A model generated the notes under the pieces. It ran no database searches and was not told where the DNA came from. It worked only from the letters and a program-made list of their open reading frames with translations. Below are positions 1-9,424 of a stretch of DNA of 50,204 bases, piece by piece. Both the position numbers and the translations under genes were made by a program. Each line of letters begins with the position of its first letter. Positions within the stretch are counted from its first letter, which is position 1. The DNA is from Duncaniella sp. (GTDB lineage Bacteria > Bacteroidota > Bacteroidia > Bacteroidales > Muribaculaceae), in assembly GCA_022511285.1 (NCBI GenBank), contig JAFLRW010000001.1, forward strand, positions 1-50,204, given 5' to 3'.

Positions 1-74
1 ATGGAGCCTTCGGCCGCCCCAGCTACGAGGATGACGACGACTACAACCCCCTCGACGCTTACTGTGTAGACTGA
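1..74 (+). CDS. 3' end of a CDS running in from the left edge (...GAFGRPSYEDDDDYNPLDAYCVD*)
   Basis: Frame 3 is open from the edge to TGA at 72-74 with C-ending codons typical of genes here. Product not identifiable. Confidence 0.5.
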   Translation, partial: GAFGRPSYEDDDDYNPLDAYCVD

Positions 75-238
75 TCTGCGGTGTCGATTGCTAACATTTT
101 GATACGGTTGCCACGAATAAGGCAATCGTTGGATTGCAAAAATTATGTGCCATTATCACGGAGATAAGGAAACAACCCTTGCAATATACCGCTCTTGGGA
201 TGAGCTTACTGGATTGTTTAATGGAAGACACGACATTT

Positions 239-1345
239 TCACATGTGTTTCAGAAGGGCTTTTTCTATTGCCTCGCCTCGGATGTCTCGTTCCAGGAGGG
301 TTCCGTCGGGGCCGAAGAGCATAATCATCGGGATTCCGTCAAAGCCGTAAAGCTCTAACGGTTGCATCCCGGCGTCGAGTATCTGAGGCCATTTGTAGCC
401 GTGCTGCTCAATGCTTCTCTTTGAGTCGGTCGAATCATCAACTGTCGCTACTCCAATCATTTCAAAACGCGGGTTGTCAGCGTATTTCTCGTAGAGCGGA
501 ATTAAATAATTCTTGGCTTCTGCTGCGCAGGGGCCACACCATGACGACCAGAAATCGACGATAACATATTTCCCTTTGCCGACATAGTCTGACAGGCGAA
601 TAGTCTTCCCGTCGGGCGTCTTGCCTTCAAAATCAATGAATTTAGCTCCCGGGAGGGCGTTTCTCATCGCTTTATATTGGTTGTCGAAAAACGAAGACAG
701 CGGCAGCTCTTTGATTTGACGGTCTGCAATCTCAAAAAAAGCATCCCACTCATCGGGGGTGATGTCAAAGCCGGTCACTCCAAACCATAGAGCGGCCTCT
801 CCTATGCCATTGGGATTATCGGCAATGATGCCTCTGTAAAAATCGAATACACCGCCGGGTCGGGTCTTGAAGTCATAAAAGAAACCATCCTTTATGTCGC
901 TCTCAGAGAGTCCCTGACTCATCAGCGCCTCGATATTTTCGCCGCATTCGGCTATAAATGCCTCCTCGGTTTTCAGATATTTCAGATACTCGGCGTTGAG
1001 GGAGGTGGAAGCCTCGGGGTGGTGTGTCTCGAAGTTGGGAGTGACGAGAGAGTCTAAGATGCAGTTGGAATATGTCTGTGCATCACATGCAATTCTCACA
1101 AACGCATTTCTACCATAGTCGCCCTCCATCGTGAATCTCCCGTTTGCAACGGTGGCGCTATCTATCGTCAGCTTGTTTTTGCCATAGTCAAACATCTTGA
1201 CGGTCTGACCTTCGTGTCCGTCAATCTTACCATCCACTTTGTAACGGATGGTGTCTGCGTTGGCGCTGCCCGAAGAAAGCAGCAGGGCGGCTACGGCTAA
1301 TGCGCTTAGCGAGAGTTTATTTCTCCGGGAGGGTGACAGTGACAT
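239..1345 (-). CDS. TlpA/AhpC-TSA family thiol-disulfide oxidoreductase with DUF4369-like N-terminus
   Basis: DFWSSWCGPC CxxC motif, LSDYVGKGKYVIVDFW, YGFDGIP and a signal-peptide-like N-terminus. Start uncertain because it lies inside the GH28 gene. Confidence 0.85.
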   Translation of the reverse strand: MSLSPSRRNKLSLSALAVAALLLSSGSANADTIRYKVDGKIDGHEGQTVKMFDYGKNKLTIDSATVANGRFTMEGDYGRNAFVRIACDAQTYSNCILDSLVTPNFETHHPEASTSLNAEYLKYLKTEEAFIAECGENIEALMSQGLSESDIKDGFFYDFKTRPGGVFDFYRGIIADNPNGIGEAALWFGVTGFDITPDEWDAFFEIADRQIKELPLSSFFDNQYKAMRNALPGAKFIDFEGKTPDGKTIRLSDYVGKGKYVIVDFWSSWCGPCAAEAKNYLIPLYEKYADNPRFEMIGVATVDDSTDSKRSIEQHGYKWPQILDAGMQPLELYGFDGIPMIMLFGPDGTLLERDIRGEAIEKALLKHM

Positions 1346-2642
1346 TCTCTACGGTGCAGTCGGTGATTTGAGAGGTGTCAAATGTGGGGTCGGGAGCAGA
1401 GGCCCAAATGTCGCGGAAAGTGAAGTTGCGCAAGGTGTAGAAGTCGGTCTTGCGGTCTTTGTAGAAGTCGCGGGTGCAGATGAGATGGCCGTTGCGGAAT
1501 GTCACATTGTCAACTCCCGACACCGGCATCGGGTCGCGCTCCACCTTGTCGAAAAATTGTGTCCAGGTCTGCACCTCTACGGCATTGCGCACGGTGCCTG
1601 TGGCGCCGTCGATGAGCACGTTGCGATATTGCTGCGGGGTGTCGGGGCGCATCTTGAAGAGGAGTACGTGGAATGTGCCGTCAAACTTGCAGTCTTTCAT
1701 TATCACGTTGGAGCAGTCCCACGCCTCGGAGCCGAAGGTGACACCGGCGTTGGTCTTTCCGAAGGTGCAGCGGTCAATGATAACGTTTGACACGGGGCCG
1801 TTGCCGGGGATGGTGTCCACCCAAGTGCCCTTGCCTCCTTTGAGACACACACCGTCGTCGTTGACGTTCATATAGCACTGCGACACGAGCACATCCTTGC
1901 ACACGTCGAGGTCAAGTGCGTCGGTCGACGGGCCTTTGGGATAGCCGTCGGTGGGGGCGAGGATGGTGACGCCGAGATATTTGATGCGTGAGCAGTTGTA
2001 GAGGTGGTTGGTCCAGAAGCCGGAGTTGACCATGCGCACACCCTGCACGGTCACATCCTTGGAGTTGGATATGTAGACCATACGAGGGCGGAGCGCTTCG
2101 AGGTTGGTGCAGTTGCGGTTCACCTTGCGGCGGAGCCAAAACTCGTCGTAGTAGCGGTGGCCGTTGCCGTCGATGGTGCCTTCGCCTGTGATGGTGAAGC
2201 CGTCGACGCCGTCGGCGTTGACGAGCGCGGCAAAATAGTCGATAGTCTGCCCTTCGAGGCGGGTCTTGATGATTTTATAGTGGGTGATGGCATCGCTCCC
2301 TTTGAGCTTGCCCCCCTTGGCCACGTGCAGGTGGGTGCCGGGCTTGAAGAAGAGCGAACCGCTCAGAAATGTGCCCTCGGGAATCACCACCACTCCCCCG
2401 CCCTGCTCTGCGGCGAGGTCAATCACCTTCTGTAGAGCTTCGGTCTGGATGAGGGTTGAGTCAGAGGCGGTGACGCCGTAGTCGGTCACCACATATTGCT
2501 TCCCGAGCTTGGCGAGCGCGGGGACTTTGGTGTCGTTAAACCAGTCAGGCACTTTGCTGCCGTCGGGGAACTCCGTAAACTTTGCTTGGGCCGACAGTCC
2601 GGCAAGGAGGGCTGCCGCGAGGATGAGGGGTCTGATTTTCAT
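1317..2642 (-). CDS. Glycoside hydrolase family 28 (polygalacturonase-like), secreted
   Basis: GH28 motifs PSTDALD, NDDGVCLKGG and FGSE; GGGVVVIPEGTFLSG; signal peptide. Confidence 0.9.
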   Translation of the reverse strand: MKIRPLILAAALLAGLSAQAKFTEFPDGSKVPDWFNDTKVPALAKLGKQYVVTDYGVTASDSTLIQTEALQKVIDLAAEQGGGVVVIPEGTFLSGSLFFKPGTHLHVAKGGKLKGSDAITHYKIIKTRLEGQTIDYFAALVNADGVDGFTITGEGTIDGNGHRYYDEFWLRRKVNRNCTNLEALRPRMVYISNSKDVTVQGVRMVNSGFWTNHLYNCSRIKYLGVTILAPTDGYPKGPSTDALDLDVCKDVLVSQCYMNVNDDGVCLKGGKGTWVDTIPGNGPVSNVIIDRCTFGKTNAGVTFGSEAWDCSNVIMKDCKFDGTFHVLLFKMRPDTPQQYRNVLIDGATGTVRNAVEVQTWTQFFDKVERDPMPVSGVDNVTFRNGHLICTRDFYKDRKTDFYTLRNFTFRDIWASAPDPTFDTSQITDCTVENVTVTLPEK

Positions 2643-2681
2643 AGGTATTAGAAGTGTATAGAGTTGTGTTTGTTGTTTTTG

Positions 2682-3113
2682 TCAGGATTCGGCTTTAGCC
2701 TTGTAGGCCATAGCGTAGAGGCGCAGTTGCTTTATCATGGCGAGGAGGCCGTTGGAGCGTGTGGGCGAGAGATTTTCGCCCAGTCCGATGTCGTTGATGA
2801 AATGGAGGTCGGCGTTGAGCACCTCGTCGGGCGTGCGATTGTCGAGCACCTTGACCAGCAGCGCTATAATGCCTTTCACTATCATGGCGTCGGAGTCGGC
2901 CTCGAAGTGTATGCGTCCCTCGGGGGTCTGCTCGGCGTTGATCCACACTCGGCTCTGACACCCCTCGATGAGGTTGGAGGGGGTGCGGTATTTCTCGGGG
3001 AGCTGTGGCAGATTGTTGCCCTCCTCGATTATCATCGTGTAGCGGTCCATCCAATCGTCTACGGAGTTAAACTCCTCGACAATCTCTGCCTGGGTCTCTT
3101 CTATGGTTTTCAT
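2682..3113 (-). CDS. sufE: SufE family sulfur-transfer protein
   Basis: IEGCQSRVW, ADSDAMIVKG, LSPTRSNGL motifs. Confidence 0.95.
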   Translation of the reverse strand: MKTIEETQAEIVEEFNSVDDWMDRYTMIIEEGNNLPQLPEKYRTPSNLIEGCQSRVWINAEQTPEGRIHFEADSDAMIVKGIIALLVKVLDNRTPDEVLNADLHFINDIGLGENLSPTRSNGLLAMIKQLRLYAMAYKAKAES

Positions 3114-5116
3114 TTCTTGGGTCGGGGTGAGTTGTTGATGTTTTCGCTTGGGCGCACTTTTGCGAGGGCTTCCATCAGTTTGTGGAGGGTGATTTCCTCC
3201 TTGGCGGCAGCCTCGCGCACGCGGCGGGCGTTGCCGGCGGCATTGGGCGAGCCTATGGCAGCCCAGGTCATTTCCACTATCTGGTTTGCGTCGCGGTTGG
3301 TGCAGCGACCCTCAACGGCAAAGTAGTCGTTTTCGGCAATAGCCTTGAGGTCGCCGGCCTTCAGGGCTTCTGCAAGAGCCTTGCCCATAGGGCTGCGCAG
3401 TTTTGCCAGGTGCCACACGGCGTTTGTGTTGAGATAGTCTATGTCGGCCCGGGTGTCGGCATCGGGGGCTGTTGCCTGCGGTTGTGATTCGGTTTCGCCG
3501 GGTTGGCTCACGGTCTCAATCCCCTGGCCGGCCACTTCGGCCGGAGTGGCCTCGGCCGGTTTATTGCGCAGAGAGAATACGGCTGTCAGCACAACGGCTA
3601 TGGCGGCCACGGCGCATAGCCCCCACTTGGCCTCCTTGCGTTTCCACAGAGGCATCACAGCGGGGGTCTCGTCGTCGTAAAGCTCCTCTTTGCCGGTCGA
3701 TGTATAGTCATCCTCATCACGGGTGGGCAGGGTGGTGTCTACGATAGGCTTTTCGTCGGCGGCCTCGTCTGATATGTTTTCAAACTGAGGCGAACGGCGC
3801 CGTGTCTCCCCGTCGGATGTGGAGGTGTGCTTGTCGCGCCCGGTGTCGAAATTGGGGGCAACGGGGGGATTGCTGAGGCGCACATCTACGTTGTAGACCT
3901 CGCTATTGTCGGTGGTCACCTGGCGATGGGCGCGGAATCCGTGGAAATTGCCCGAGTGAAGGCGATTATATTCGGGCGTGTTTTTCTCTATGTTGATTTC
4001 CTGAGTAAACACACGTCCGTTGCCGAAATCGAGTTTCAGCGTGACCATCTGCTCCACCGGCTGGAGTTCAAGCAGCAATTCGCCGGCTGTAAGCACTTCA
4101 GACGAAGGGATTATGAGTTTCAGGGGCTTGTAGTTGTTGGACTCCACACGAATCTCCACATCCTCTCCCTCCGGGAGATCGCGAGGGGTGAAGTCGATAT
4201 AGGGGACCATCGTGTTGATGAGGCGTCCGCCCAAGGTGATGGTGTAGCCTCCGCGCAGGTCGTTCCCCTTGGAAGAGACCACTCTGACGGGCACCCGGCG
4301 CACAAATCTGACGCCGGTCTGTGTGGCGGTGCGGATTGTGAGCTTGGCACCGTCAGCTTTGGCATAGGCACACGGCTGTCCCACGGTAATAGTTTCGCTG
4401 TGAGAGTCAAAGCCCTCCTTCGTATAAGTGATGGTGAGCTTATCGCCGTCATACACCTGCAAGGCTGAGACCTCAACCCCTTCAGGACACTCTACGGAAT
4501 ACTGCCGGCGTATGGGCACCGTGATGCGTGTCATTTTCACTCCCGGACGAAGCGAGGCGGTGGCGGGCACCACCAACACACAACGGAAGTGAGAATAGTC
4601 GGGCTGCGAGGGGAAAGCGAATATCTGTTCAAGCTCTGCTGTCGACATATATGTGCGATACCCGGCCTCTGAGTCGGGCTCCGTGCTCTCCGGGACTATC
4701 CACGATGGGAGCTCTACGGGTATTTTCGGCACTTGAGCCTCGGCAAGGGCCGCTTCGGCTGCCTCTTCGCTAAGGTCGGCATTGTCTACAAGCGCCCGGC
4801 GCAGGCTTTCAAATAGTCGTAATGCCTGGCGCCCCGACAGCGATGCCCCATTGCTGACCAGCACTGAAATCATCACCCATTTGTCGGCATCGACGGCGTC
4901 GCGGGTGATGAGCGACAGATAATGCCCCTCGGCTGCACTCTGCAGCACGTAGCACTCCGAAGTGTTGAGAAAACGCTTTACGGCCACCCCTGGTTCAACC
5001 ATAATAGAGTCCCACGACGGGGTGTCGGGGGCGTCGGCGGGATAGGTGTATAGAGTGCGCGTTGCCCCCTCTGAGGGGCCTCTAAGCGCTATGTGGATAT
5101 AAGAATATTCAGCCAT
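3110..5116 (-). CDS. Hypothetical 668-aa single-pass membrane protein
   Basis: Long ORF with its own promoter, one hydrophobic helix (WGLCAVAAIAVVLTAVFSL) after a basic patch, ATGA overlap with sufE. Confidence 0.85.
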   Translation of the reverse strand: MAEYSYIHIALRGPSEGATRTLYTYPADAPDTPSWDSIMVEPGVAVKRFLNTSECYVLQSAAEGHYLSLITRDAVDADKWVMISVLVSNGASLSGRQALRLFESLRRALVDNADLSEEAAEAALAEAQVPKIPVELPSWIVPESTEPDSEAGYRTYMSTAELEQIFAFPSQPDYSHFRCVLVVPATASLRPGVKMTRITVPIRRQYSVECPEGVEVSALQVYDGDKLTITYTKEGFDSHSETITVGQPCAYAKADGAKLTIRTATQTGVRFVRRVPVRVVSSKGNDLRGGYTITLGGRLINTMVPYIDFTPRDLPEGEDVEIRVESNNYKPLKLIIPSSEVLTAGELLLELQPVEQMVTLKLDFGNGRVFTQEINIEKNTPEYNRLHSGNFHGFRAHRQVTTDNSEVYNVDVRLSNPPVAPNFDTGRDKHTSTSDGETRRRSPQFENISDEAADEKPIVDTTLPTRDEDDYTSTGKEELYDDETPAVMPLWKRKEAKWGLCAVAAIAVVLTAVFSLRNKPAEATPAEVAGQGIETVSQPGETESQPQATAPDADTRADIDYLNTNAVWHLAKLRSPMGKALAEALKAGDLKAIAENDYFAVEGRCTNRDANQIVEMTWAAIGSPNAAGNARRVREAAAKEEITLHKLMEALAKVRPSENINNSPRPKK

Positions 5117-5141
5117 TACGTTGAGGATAAGTATATTTTTG

Positions 5142-5149
5142 CAAAGTTA
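5142..5149 (-). promoter_or_regulatory. Bacteroidota -7 promoter element TAACTTTG for the 668-aa gene/sufE unit
   Basis: Matches TAnnTTTG, 25 nt upstream of the ATG. Confidence 0.7.
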
Positions 5150-5161
5150 GCGAAAAAAACT

Positions 5162-5479
5162 CTACTTATTGCATTTTTTGCGCTTAGGATTCTGTGGAAA
5201 CCATCCTCTTTCCACTCGGCGTTGCTGTTCGGCTATTTCGTGGACGCTCCACAATGAGCTGAAGGCGGTGACCCCGAGGAGCGATGACCAGAACGGATCG
5301 TCAACCACAATGGTGAGGAGTGCAAGTAGCGTGCCGGCCACGGCAAACCACCAGCGACATCCGGCACCGAAATGATACTCGCATTTAATCACCACCGGAT
5401 GAAAAAGCCCGATGATAAGAAACGTGCATAGCCCAATGGTGAGCCCAAGCAGGTGATATTGCATTAAAAATGAAGTCAT
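5162..5479 (-). CDS. DUF4491 family small membrane protein
   Basis: GLFHPVVIKCEYHFG and EQQRRVERGWFPQNPKRK motifs. Confidence 0.85.
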   Translation of the reverse strand: MTSFLMQYHLLGLTIGLCTFLIIGLFHPVVIKCEYHFGAGCRWWFAVAGTLLALLTIVVDDPFWSSLLGVTAFSSLWSVHEIAEQQRRVERGWFPQNPKRKKCNK

Positions 5480-5931
5480 TGTGAAGATTTTACGATGTAG
5501 TTGGCCGATAAGCGCACACTATAGGGTGTGACCCCCGATGTGCGTGGATGCTGCCCTCCGGCATAAAAAAATGAATGGTTTTTGTCCCACGTCGGGAGTT
5601 GCACCATGCGTGTGTCGCCGGGAGTCAGCTCTACTCTGACACACTCGGAGCGCGAGTGTAGCTTGCGCCCTTTCAGGTCAAGATATTCCACCGTGATGCC
5701 CACGGCCGAGATGCTGTCGGCCAGCCCGTTGGTGATGAACATTGTCTCCACCGATGCGCGCAGCGGTTTGTCATACCCGTTTAGGTGTATGGAATCGCAC
5801 ACAGCTCCGCGGAGTGTGTCGGGAGCGGCGGCAACCTCTGCTACGGCTGTAATCGGGCGTAGGCGTGGGCGCAGGGTGTTGTCGGGCGCCGCATAGGCAA
5901 GCAGCAGGGCGATGAGTAGGTGTAGAGTCAT
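5476..5931 (-). CDS. Exported hypothetical protein, FxLYD-like beta-sandwich
   Basis: Start moved to ATG 5931 (MTLHLLIALLLAYAA, signal-like), directly after the upstream stop; VEYLDLKGRKLH segment. Confidence 0.7.
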   Translation of the reverse strand: MTLHLLIALLLAYAAPDNTLRPRLRPITAVAEVAAAPDTLRGAVCDSIHLNGYDKPLRASVETMFITNGLADSISAVGITVEYLDLKGRKLHSRSECVRVELTPGDTRMVQLPTWDKNHSFFYAGGQHPRTSGVTPYSVRLSANYIVKSSQ

Positions 5932-5932
5932 A

Positions 5933-6517
5933 TTACAGATAGCGGGGTGTAAGGGGTGGTATAGGCTCCGGCCATACCCGCGTGAATCCCTCCAGACCTG
6001 ATGAGTGACGTTCAATGGGCGTGATGGCACTGCGAAACATATATGGGAGCAAAAGTCGCCACCAGTTTATCCTGAACGAGCGCCCGTATGGCTTGATGGT
6101 GATGCGCACTTCATCCTTGTCTATAGATGCCTCATAGCGGTCCGGGTGTACGAGCAGGGTGCCATCGTCAATGCGGCTTGAAAAGATGCGGGCGTCATAT
6201 TTCCCCTCGGCGGCGCCGGGGGTGAGCCAACCCATCACGGTGCCGCGGCGCAGCCCGAGGTCATATCCCTGAATGAGCACCATCGCATAGAGTGTAGGGC
6301 GCTCATCAACCTTCTCGATAGCCATCAGCGACCCCTCGCCTGCCACCTCCCATATCCCCTCTATGGGGTGCAGCGGACGCTCTGAGAGCCGCTCCACCAC
6401 ACTGTCTTCATCATAGCCGGGGAGTATCGTGCCGCGTCCGCTGACTGTGTCAAACACGCCACGTGCCGAGACGACACTGACTATACACAGGAGTATGACT
6501 GCTGTCAGATGGCGCAT
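5933..6517 (-). CDS. Exported hypothetical protein
   Basis: Signal peptide, HPIEGIW motif, TAATG coupling to the upstream gene. Confidence 0.75.
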   Translation of the reverse strand: MRHLTAVILLCIVSVVSARGVFDTVSGRGTILPGYDEDSVVERLSERPLHPIEGIWEVAGEGSLMAIEKVDERPTLYAMVLIQGYDLGLRRGTVMGWLTPGAAEGKYDARIFSSRIDDGTLLVHPDRYEASIDKDEVRITIKPYGRSFRINWWRLLLPYMFRSAITPIERHSSGLEGFTRVWPEPIPPLTPRYL

Positions 6518-7890
6518 TACAGTGTGCCGAACTTGTAGCTGAACCCGAACGAGAGAATCTCTTTAATCTGCAGCTTGTGCCAGCGGCTATCCGGGTCGGG
6601 GCGCTTAGTGGTGGAGTCGTAGCGGGCGTGGGCATAGATTTGTGTGGAGAGGAAGCGGTTGATGGTAAACTGAAGCGTGTTCTCCCAATCGCCCTGAATA
6701 TAGCTGTAATCCGAGAAGACAAATAGGCGTGAGCGCAGCGAGACGTTGTCGCAAATCTTCCAGGAGAGTTTGGCCTCACCGCTCGAACCGATTTCGTTGA
6801 CCACTGTGCGCCCCTCTTTGATGCCGAAGGCTGTGGGGTCCATACGCTTGTTGATGCAGGTTTTCATATTCCACGACAGAGGCGATATCGAGGCATCGAA
6901 GGTGAGGGTCTTTTTCTTATTCGTGTTGGAATATGTCATACCGACACCCACATTGAGCTCGCCGGGCGAGAGGAAGGAGGCTTTCAGCTCGTCGGTGTTG
7001 GCTTTGTAGTTGTTGAGAATCTGTGTCTTGAACATTGCCGAGACTGAATAATACCAATGTTTGGCGGTCTTGTAGCCGGCAGTCATATTCCACTGCAAAA
7101 TGTCTTCGGAGATGGTGTAGTCGCGCACCTTATCGTCAATCGTATTGTTGGTGCCGAGTTTGTACTGGAATGTGTTGTCGAATATCCATTTTGGGTGGAA
7201 GGCTTGGTTGAGTTTCACCTCGTAATATACGTTGATGAGCATATTGAGGTTGTTGTTGCCGCCCTGATACCAGTTGGGCGACACGTAGGCCTGCGAGAAC
7301 TGAAGGTCGCCCGAGAATTTCCGAAGCCAATGGCGTTTCTTTATGTCTGTTTCAATCTCTGGGGCCGGTGCCTCGAGTGCCACCACCTCCTGGAGCACTA
7401 TGCTGGCGGTCTCGGGATCTATCACGGCCACAAACTCACGCGGAGGCTCGGGGAGGTGCTTTTCGTTGTAGCGCACACGGTCGGGGTGATTCACTATATA
7501 TTTCTGCCGGGTGCGCTTCATTATGTCGGAACGCAAAACGGCCTCATTAATCCAGTTGAACGCGTCGCTCCCCGGCGCGCCAACATTGACGGCGGGGGAC
7601 TGTGTCACCGACAAGGGTCCGTCAAACAGACGGATTTTGTCAAACACGGCCGGGCGCAGCCAGTATGATTCGAGCGGCGATTCCACCGGGCGTGCGCAGG
7701 GGGCTATGAGTGTGAGGGAGTCTATTCTGATGGTGTCGAGCACAGCGGCTGCGGCAGCAGCGCTGTCAACAGGCTGATAGTTGAATATCTCGGCACGTTT
7801 GGGGGTCTCAAACAGCTTCAAATTATATGCTCCGGCGCTCAGTGTAGATGCGGCGAGAAGGAGTATAGCGGATGTGATATGATGTCTCAT
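6517..7890 (-). CDS. DUF3078 family probable outer-membrane beta-barrel with N-terminal extension
   Basis: QFSQAYVSPNWYQGG, FLSPG, C-terminal LQIKEILSFGFSYKF, signal peptide. Confidence 0.85.
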   Translation of the reverse strand: MRHHITSAILLLAASTLSAGAYNLKLFETPKRAEIFNYQPVDSAAAAAAVLDTIRIDSLTLIAPCARPVESPLESYWLRPAVFDKIRLFDGPLSVTQSPAVNVGAPGSDAFNWINEAVLRSDIMKRTRQKYIVNHPDRVRYNEKHLPEPPREFVAVIDPETASIVLQEVVALEAPAPEIETDIKKRHWLRKFSGDLQFSQAYVSPNWYQGGNNNLNMLINVYYEVKLNQAFHPKWIFDNTFQYKLGTNNTIDDKVRDYTISEDILQWNMTAGYKTAKHWYYSVSAMFKTQILNNYKANTDELKASFLSPGELNVGVGMTYSNTNKKKTLTFDASISPLSWNMKTCINKRMDPTAFGIKEGRTVVNEIGSSGEAKLSWKICDNVSLRSRLFVFSDYSYIQGDWENTLQFTINRFLSTQIYAHARYDSTTKRPDPDSRWHKLQIKEILSFGFSYKFGTL

Positions 7891-9227
7891 TGCTTTGAAG
7901 ATGAATTATTGTTTGGTTTTGGCTTACGGTTGCGGTTGTTGTTTCGGTTGCTCCGGCTGTTCCGGCTTTTGCCGTTGTCGCTCTTTGCGCCGCTGCTGTT
8001 CTTGTCGGCCCTCTTCTTTGAGCGGCCTTTGTTGCCGCGACTTCCCGGGCGCCTGTTGGAGCCTCCTCTGCCGCGCGATGGATTGTAGGTCGGGGTCTCC
8101 CCTATCTCGGCCGGCAGTTCGCGTTTGGTCACCTCATAGCCCAAGAAGCTTTCGAGATTGCCAAACCAGCGCATATCCCCTTCGCTCACCAATGTGACGG
8201 CCACACCTCCCGCACCGGCTCGAGCCGTGCGCCCAATGCGGTGAACATAATCTTCAGCCTCGCGGGGCACATCGTAGTTCACCACCATCGCTATGTCGTC
8301 GATGTCGATGCCGCGTGCCACTATGTCTGTGGCCACCAGGATATCTATGTGACCTGCGCGGAAGTCGTGCATCACGGCCTCGCGGGCATCCTGCTCGAGG
8401 TCGGAGTGCATCTCGCCCACCTTGCGGCCGCTTTGGCGCAACTGTTTGGCCAGGTCTTTCACTTTGAGCTTCGACGAGGCGAAGACTATCACTCTCTGCG
8501 AGGCTACGCTCTTGAACAGATGTCGCAACACGGGAGTCTTCTGGTTCTCGTAGACCACACAGGCGCTTTGGTCAATCTTCTCCGTCGGGCGCGACACGGC
8601 TATCTTCACCTCTACAGGATTGTGTAGGATGGCTTTGGCCAGCTGCTGTATCTTGGGAGGCATAGTGGCTGAAAACATCAGTGTCTGCCGTTCTTCGGGA
8701 AGATGCTTGACTATCTGCATTATATCGTCGAAGAATCCCATGTCGAGCATACGGTCTGCTTCGTCAAGGATGAAATACTGCACACGGCTCAAGTCTATCC
8801 CACCGAGCTGCAGGTGGGCTATCAGTCGTCCGGGTGTGGCTATCACCACATCGGCTCCCTTCTTGAGCCCATTCTGCTGCCGGGCAAACTCCTTGCCGTC
8901 AGTGCCTCCATAGATAGCCACACTGGATATGGGCAGGAAATATGAAAATCCTTCAAGCTGGCGGTCTATCTGCTGTGCCAGTTCGCGTGTCGGGGCCATA
9001 ACTATACAGCTCACAGCCTCCGGCTCCGGCTCATCGGCCAGCATATCAATCACGGGAAGAAGATAGGCGGCTGTCTTACCGGTGCCCGTCTGTGCCACGG
9101 CTATAAGATCGCGCTTCTCGAATATCACCGGAATAGCTTTCTCCTGGATGGGCGTACACTCCCCGAATCGCATTGCTTCGAGAGCATCAAGCACATCGTC
9201 ACTAAGGTCCAACTCGTCAAATCTCAT
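7887..9227 (-). CDS. DEAD/DEAH-box RNA helicase
   Basis: AQTGTGKT, PTRELA, DEAD, SAT and HRIGRTAR motifs; basic tail. Start set to ATG 9227 because TTG 9251 lies in the promoter element at 9249-9256. Confidence 0.95.
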   Translation of the reverse strand: MRFDELDLSDDVLDALEAMRFGECTPIQEKAIPVIFEKRDLIAVAQTGTGKTAAYLLPVIDMLADEPEPEAVSCIVMAPTRELAQQIDRQLEGFSYFLPISSVAIYGGTDGKEFARQQNGLKKGADVVIATPGRLIAHLQLGGIDLSRVQYFILDEADRMLDMGFFDDIMQIVKHLPEERQTLMFSATMPPKIQQLAKAILHNPVEVKIAVSRPTEKIDQSACVVYENQKTPVLRHLFKSVASQRVIVFASSKLKVKDLAKQLRQSGRKVGEMHSDLEQDAREAVMHDFRAGHIDILVATDIVARGIDIDDIAMVVNYDVPREAEDYVHRIGRTARAGAGGVAVTLVSEGDMRWFGNLESFLGYEVTKRELPAEIGETPTYNPSRGRGGSNRRPGSRGNKGRSKKRADKNSSGAKSDNGKSRNSRSNRNNNRNRKPKPNNNSSSKQ

Positions 9228-9376
9228 TTTGCATCCTGTTTCAAACCGCAAAATTACTCATTTTCTGAGAGAATCCCTAACCTTAGAAGTCTAATTCCGG
9301 AGCTAATTTGTAATATTCCCGGATTTATGGCTTCTCTTGTCGGCATTATCGCACTGTTTTGCGGGATGGGCTGTTG

Positions 9377-9384
9377 TAACTTTG
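9377..9384 (+). promoter_or_regulatory. -7 element TAACTTTG for the 9425 ORF, divergent from the helicase promoter (9249-9256)
   Basis: TAnnTTTG followed by an AT/CA-rich leader. Confidence 0.6.
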
Positions 9385-9424
9385 TGGCGTAATTAATCAA
9401 TATCAACAATCTTATCTCTCAGTT

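Noticed and set aside
75-238. AT-rich segment with protein-like open frames, including ORF 134..358
   Set aside because: No convincing start or promoter, overlaps TlpA antisense, no recognisable motif. At most a gene remnant.
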